IMG/VR virus record: IMGVR_UViG_3300033121_001601
Location: 62,001 to 120,849 of that record
Reading direction: 5' to 3' (one strand)
DNA length: 58,849 nucleotides
DNA from: an uncultured virus (IMG/VR IMGVR_UViG_3300033121_001601)
Lineage: Duplodnaviria; Heunggongvirae; Uroviricota; Caudoviricetes
Part shown: one piece after another, positions 56,653 to 58,849 of the stretch
Position numbering within the stretch: position 1 is the stretch's first letter
How the letters are laid out: each line of letters starts with the position of its first letter
Translations under genes and position numbers: made by a program
Notes under the pieces: generated by a model
Told to the model about the DNA's origin: nothing
Databases searched by the model: none
Seen by the model: only the letters and a program-made list of their open reading frames with translations

Positions 56653-57186
56653 CTATTTCCGTTTTCGTCGCCACTGCTTTGGCTTTGTTCCTTCTGATAG
56701 AGCGTCTGCAGCACTTTGAAGGCCTGCTTTAACATTATCAAGTGTTGTTGCCATGTTGGGATCAGTTTTTGCTACTGTTTGGGATGCCTTGTCTACCGTT
56801 TGAATTGTGCTTTGAATTTCCGAAGAAACATTTTTTATAGCAGCAGCGCTTGCTCCGGATTGGTAAGCTCCCTGAACAGCTCCTGCTGCCCCTTTCACGG
56901 CTCCACCGACGGCTCCTGCTGCCTTCCCTGCAGCTCCCGCCACAGCTTGCCCAACCTTTTGAGCAGCACCGCCAACGGCCTGTCCAGCCCCTTTCACAGC
57001 TCCGCCAACAGCTTGGGCTCCTTTGGCGATTCCTTGACCGGCTCCTTTTGCAATTCCACCGAGGCCTCCCATAAAGGTTTTGAGACCACCAAAAAGTTCT
57101 TCAAGCTCTTCTTCGTTAAGCTGACCCACTTCGGCCTGCACAGCTTCCAAAACTATCTTTTCCAGTTGCTCCTTCGTGACCTTCAT
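56653..57186 (-). CDS. Gly/Ala-repeat protein with shared N-terminal leader, possible internal virion protein
   Basis: MKVTKEQLEKIVLEAV..., about 11-aa repeats (AVGGAVKGAGQ); TACTTA upstream. Confidence 0.7.
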   Translation of the reverse strand: MKVTKEQLEKIVLEAVQAEVGQLNEEELEELFGGLKTFMGGLGGIAKGAGQGIAKGAQAVGGAVKGAGQAVGGAAQKVGQAVAGAAGKAAGAVGGAVKGAAGAVQGAYQSGASAAAIKNVSSEIQSTIQTVDKASQTVAKTDPNMATTLDNVKAGLQSAADALSEGTKPKQWRRKRK

Positions 57187-57348
57187 TGTTGCCTTAAACT
57201 CCACTGGAGTAAGTATTGTGCTCTTCAAGCGTTTGTGCTCCCGCCGAGACTCGAACTCGGATGTCCCATCCGGGACCAAGGTGGTGCCGAATGGATTCGA
57301 ACATTTGCTGTTACAACTCTCTATTCCAGGTCTTGCAAATAGAGCGTT

Positions 57349-57573
57349 CTATCCACCGTGGTACTCGGTCACTTGCTGACGAAAATCACAGATTTGAGCA
57401 GTCTTTTCTCGATGCTGTTCCTGAGCCTTGTTGGCCTTCAGGTACTTGCAGTGAGAACATTTCCGACTCGAACATCCGTGAAAAACCCTTCCAACCCACT
57501 CTGGTGGAATCTCCACGAGCTTGCCACGACGCATCCGGTAGAACTTTCCATCTTTCTCGATTCGCTTTGACAT
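57349..57573 (-). CDS. Small basic hypothetical protein
   Basis: MSKRIEKDGKFYRMRRGKLVEIPPEWVG. Confidence 0.55.
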   Translation of the reverse strand: MSKRIEKDGKFYRMRRGKLVEIPPEWVGRVFHGCSSRKCSHCKYLKANKAQEQHREKTAQICDFRQQVTEYHGG

Positions 57574-57588
57574 TGGTCTTCCAACCTT

Positions 57589-57710
57589 TCGAGCTGGCGG
57601 GGATCGAACCCGCATCCTCAGTGTAATTTGGGCCTATAGGTTGCCCTCGGTTTTAGCCAGCATAGATGCCAGTCAAAACCAGGGGTGTATTCCGGTTCCA
57701 CCACAACCCT
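57589..57710 (-). ncRNA. tRNA-like RNA with Leu-type D-arm and extended anticodon hairpin
   Basis: GGGTTG/CAGCTC acceptor, GTGGAACCGGAATACAC, GGTTTT..GGCAT-CT-ATGCT..AAAACC, GCGGG-TTCGATC-CCCGC. Confidence 0.55.
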
Positions 57711-57726
57711 ACTGGGTTGGAAGTTG

Positions 57727-57823
57727 TTAACCTGGAGGGATTCGAACCCTCATACTCGGCTTCTAAGCTTGCCTGTGGCGAAGCCATTGAAGACCGATGG
57801 CTTTGCTGTTAGCCTACAAGCTC
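57727..57823 (-). tRNA. tRNA-like gene with 25-nt insert in the anticodon loop (UCA or UAG anticodon)
   Basis: GGCT/AGCC D-stem; TCGGT-[CTTCAATGGCTTCGCCACAGGCAAGCTTAGAA]-GCCGA; GAGGG-TTCGAAT-CCCTC. Confidence 0.6.
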
Positions 57824-57955
57824 TTGAGACGAAGTTGCCAAAACTGCCCCCCCTCTCTCCTGTTGTTGTCAACCTTCATGGAGGGATTGAGTTCCCTAGC
57901 TTTCTGATTGTGGGCGAAAAGGGTCTGGTGTTGACAACAAGGAAAAAGTGAGTCC

Positions 57956-58387
57956 TTATATTAACTTGGCTGCCCTGTAGTCCTTACGGCTCCAAGTCCT
58001 TGTACGATGACAGTTGGCACAAACCAACTCGCATTTGGCCACTTCCTCCCACATTCCTTGGCCGCTTCCGTTACGGATGAAATTAGAGACGTTATCAGCC
58101 TTTTGTGTTCTGTCCACGTGATCAAAATCCATGATGAAATGCGGGAAGAAGTTGCCGCAATCCTTGCATGGATGCTTTTCTTTGTACTCCCTCAAGGCTT
58201 CGAGGGCCCTCTGCCTTGTTCTCTTTCGAGATTCAGAGTACTCCTTTTTGTGGCGTTGAAAGTGAGAAGCTGTGAGCTTCGCAATGCACGATTTGCACTG
58301 CCGTACCCGCCTCTTGTCTTTTTTGGAGGCCCAAGAAAACAGCTCTTCTTCCTTTTCTTCACCGCACTTGATGCAAGTTTTCAACAT
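57956..58387 (-). CDS. HNH endonuclease
   Basis: PCKDCG...MDFDHVD...EVAKCELVCANCHRTRT. Confidence 0.9.
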   Translation of the reverse strand: MLKTCIKCGEEKEEELFSWASKKDKRRVRQCKSCIAKLTASHFQRHKKEYSESRKRTRQRALEALREYKEKHPCKDCGNFFPHFIMDFDHVDRTQKADNVSNFIRNGSGQGMWEEVAKCELVCANCHRTRTWSRKDYRAAKLI

Positions 58388-58514
58388 GAAAACATCGTAA
58401 CTCCAAGGGGTTCACTGTCAAGCGCTGGCATTGAACTATGATTGAATCCAGCTGATCGGACTCGAATCTGCATTCTATTTTCCGATGACCGAATAGGATT
58501 CAATTAGCACTTTG

Positions 58515-58597
58515 TGCTCAAGAGGGGAATCGAACCCCTACGCCCTTTCGGGCACAGGCTTCTGAGACCTGCACGGCTTCCTTTACGTCACTTGAGC
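58515..58597 (-). tRNA. tRNA-Leu(CAG)
   Basis: GCTCAAG/CTTGAGC-A; CT-CAG-AA; variable arm GCCC-GAAA-GGGC. Confidence 0.9.
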
Positions 58598-58659
58598 ATT
58601 CAAACATGGCAAAGTTGCTTTGAGGGAGAAGTCGCCATGTTTTAAGTTATATGAGACAG

Positions 58660-58733
58660 TGTTCCCGGTGGGATTCGAACCCACAACATCTTCTTTTTGA
58701 GAGAAGCGACTCTGCCGGTTGGTCTACGAGAAC
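58660..58733 (-). tRNA. tRNA-Leu(CAA) with short variable loop
   Basis: GTTCTCG/CGGGAAC-A; CTTCT-CT-CAA-AA-AGAAG; 5-nt variable loop. Confidence 0.82.
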
Positions 58734-58772
58734 ATACAAATACAATCGTTCACTGATGAGTTATTTGTCAGG

Positions 58773-58844
58773 TAGGCGTAGATGGAATCGAACCATCGCT
58801 CTCTCGGTTATCAGCCAAGTGCTTTTCCATTAAGCTATACGCCT
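58773..58844 (-). tRNA. tRNA-Ile(GAT)
   Basis: AGGCGTA/TACGCCT-A; CTTGG-CT-GAT-AA-CCGAG. Confidence 0.92.
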
Positions 58845-58849
58845 GTTAT

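Noticed and set aside
57589..57620. tmRNA (3' end resembles GCGGGTTCGATCCCCGCCAGCTC)
   Set aside because: The matching 5' end is only about 120 nt away and has a tRNA D-arm, leaving no room for a tag ORF or pseudoknots.
1..58849. Genome-wide UGA or UAG recoding
   Set aside because: Recognisable genes are full length in the standard code; many end in TGA with ATGA overlaps, and others (tsf, YkuK, HNHs) end in TAG.

Overview
This window looks like part of a large (jumbo/huge) bacteriophage genome. It has dense small ORFs, about 16 tRNA or tRNA-like genes and six HNH/EndoVII endonucleases. Host-like translation and proteostasis genes include EF-Ts, a degenerate GroEL, an HslV-type protease, thioredoxin, BI-1/YccA and a Pth2-HD fusion. 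Other genes include a sigma70 factor apparently split into two genes, a DNA methyltransferase, a macrodomain, an amidoligase/GGCT pair and an endolysin-like gene. No capsid, terminase or polymerase gene is visible, so the phage assignment is an inference from gene content. The top candidate system is a UGA-reading (anticodon UCA) tRNA at 44833-44905 lying about 2.3 kb from a peptidyl-tRNA-hydrolase/HD gene, whose only good start codon is followed by an in-frame UGA at codon 8. This suggests readthrough-gated expression in a genome that otherwise uses UGA as stop. Other highlights: a Pro1 (class 3-like) intein in PhoH; tRNA-Asn split by a group I intron carrying an antisense HNH; tRNA-like genes with enlarged anticodon arms; a shared N-terminal leader plus TANTTA motif on probable virion-packaged proteins; and a palindrome-rich G/C skew switch near 10.8-11.9 kb. 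All family calls come from motif recognition by eye, and no database search was run.
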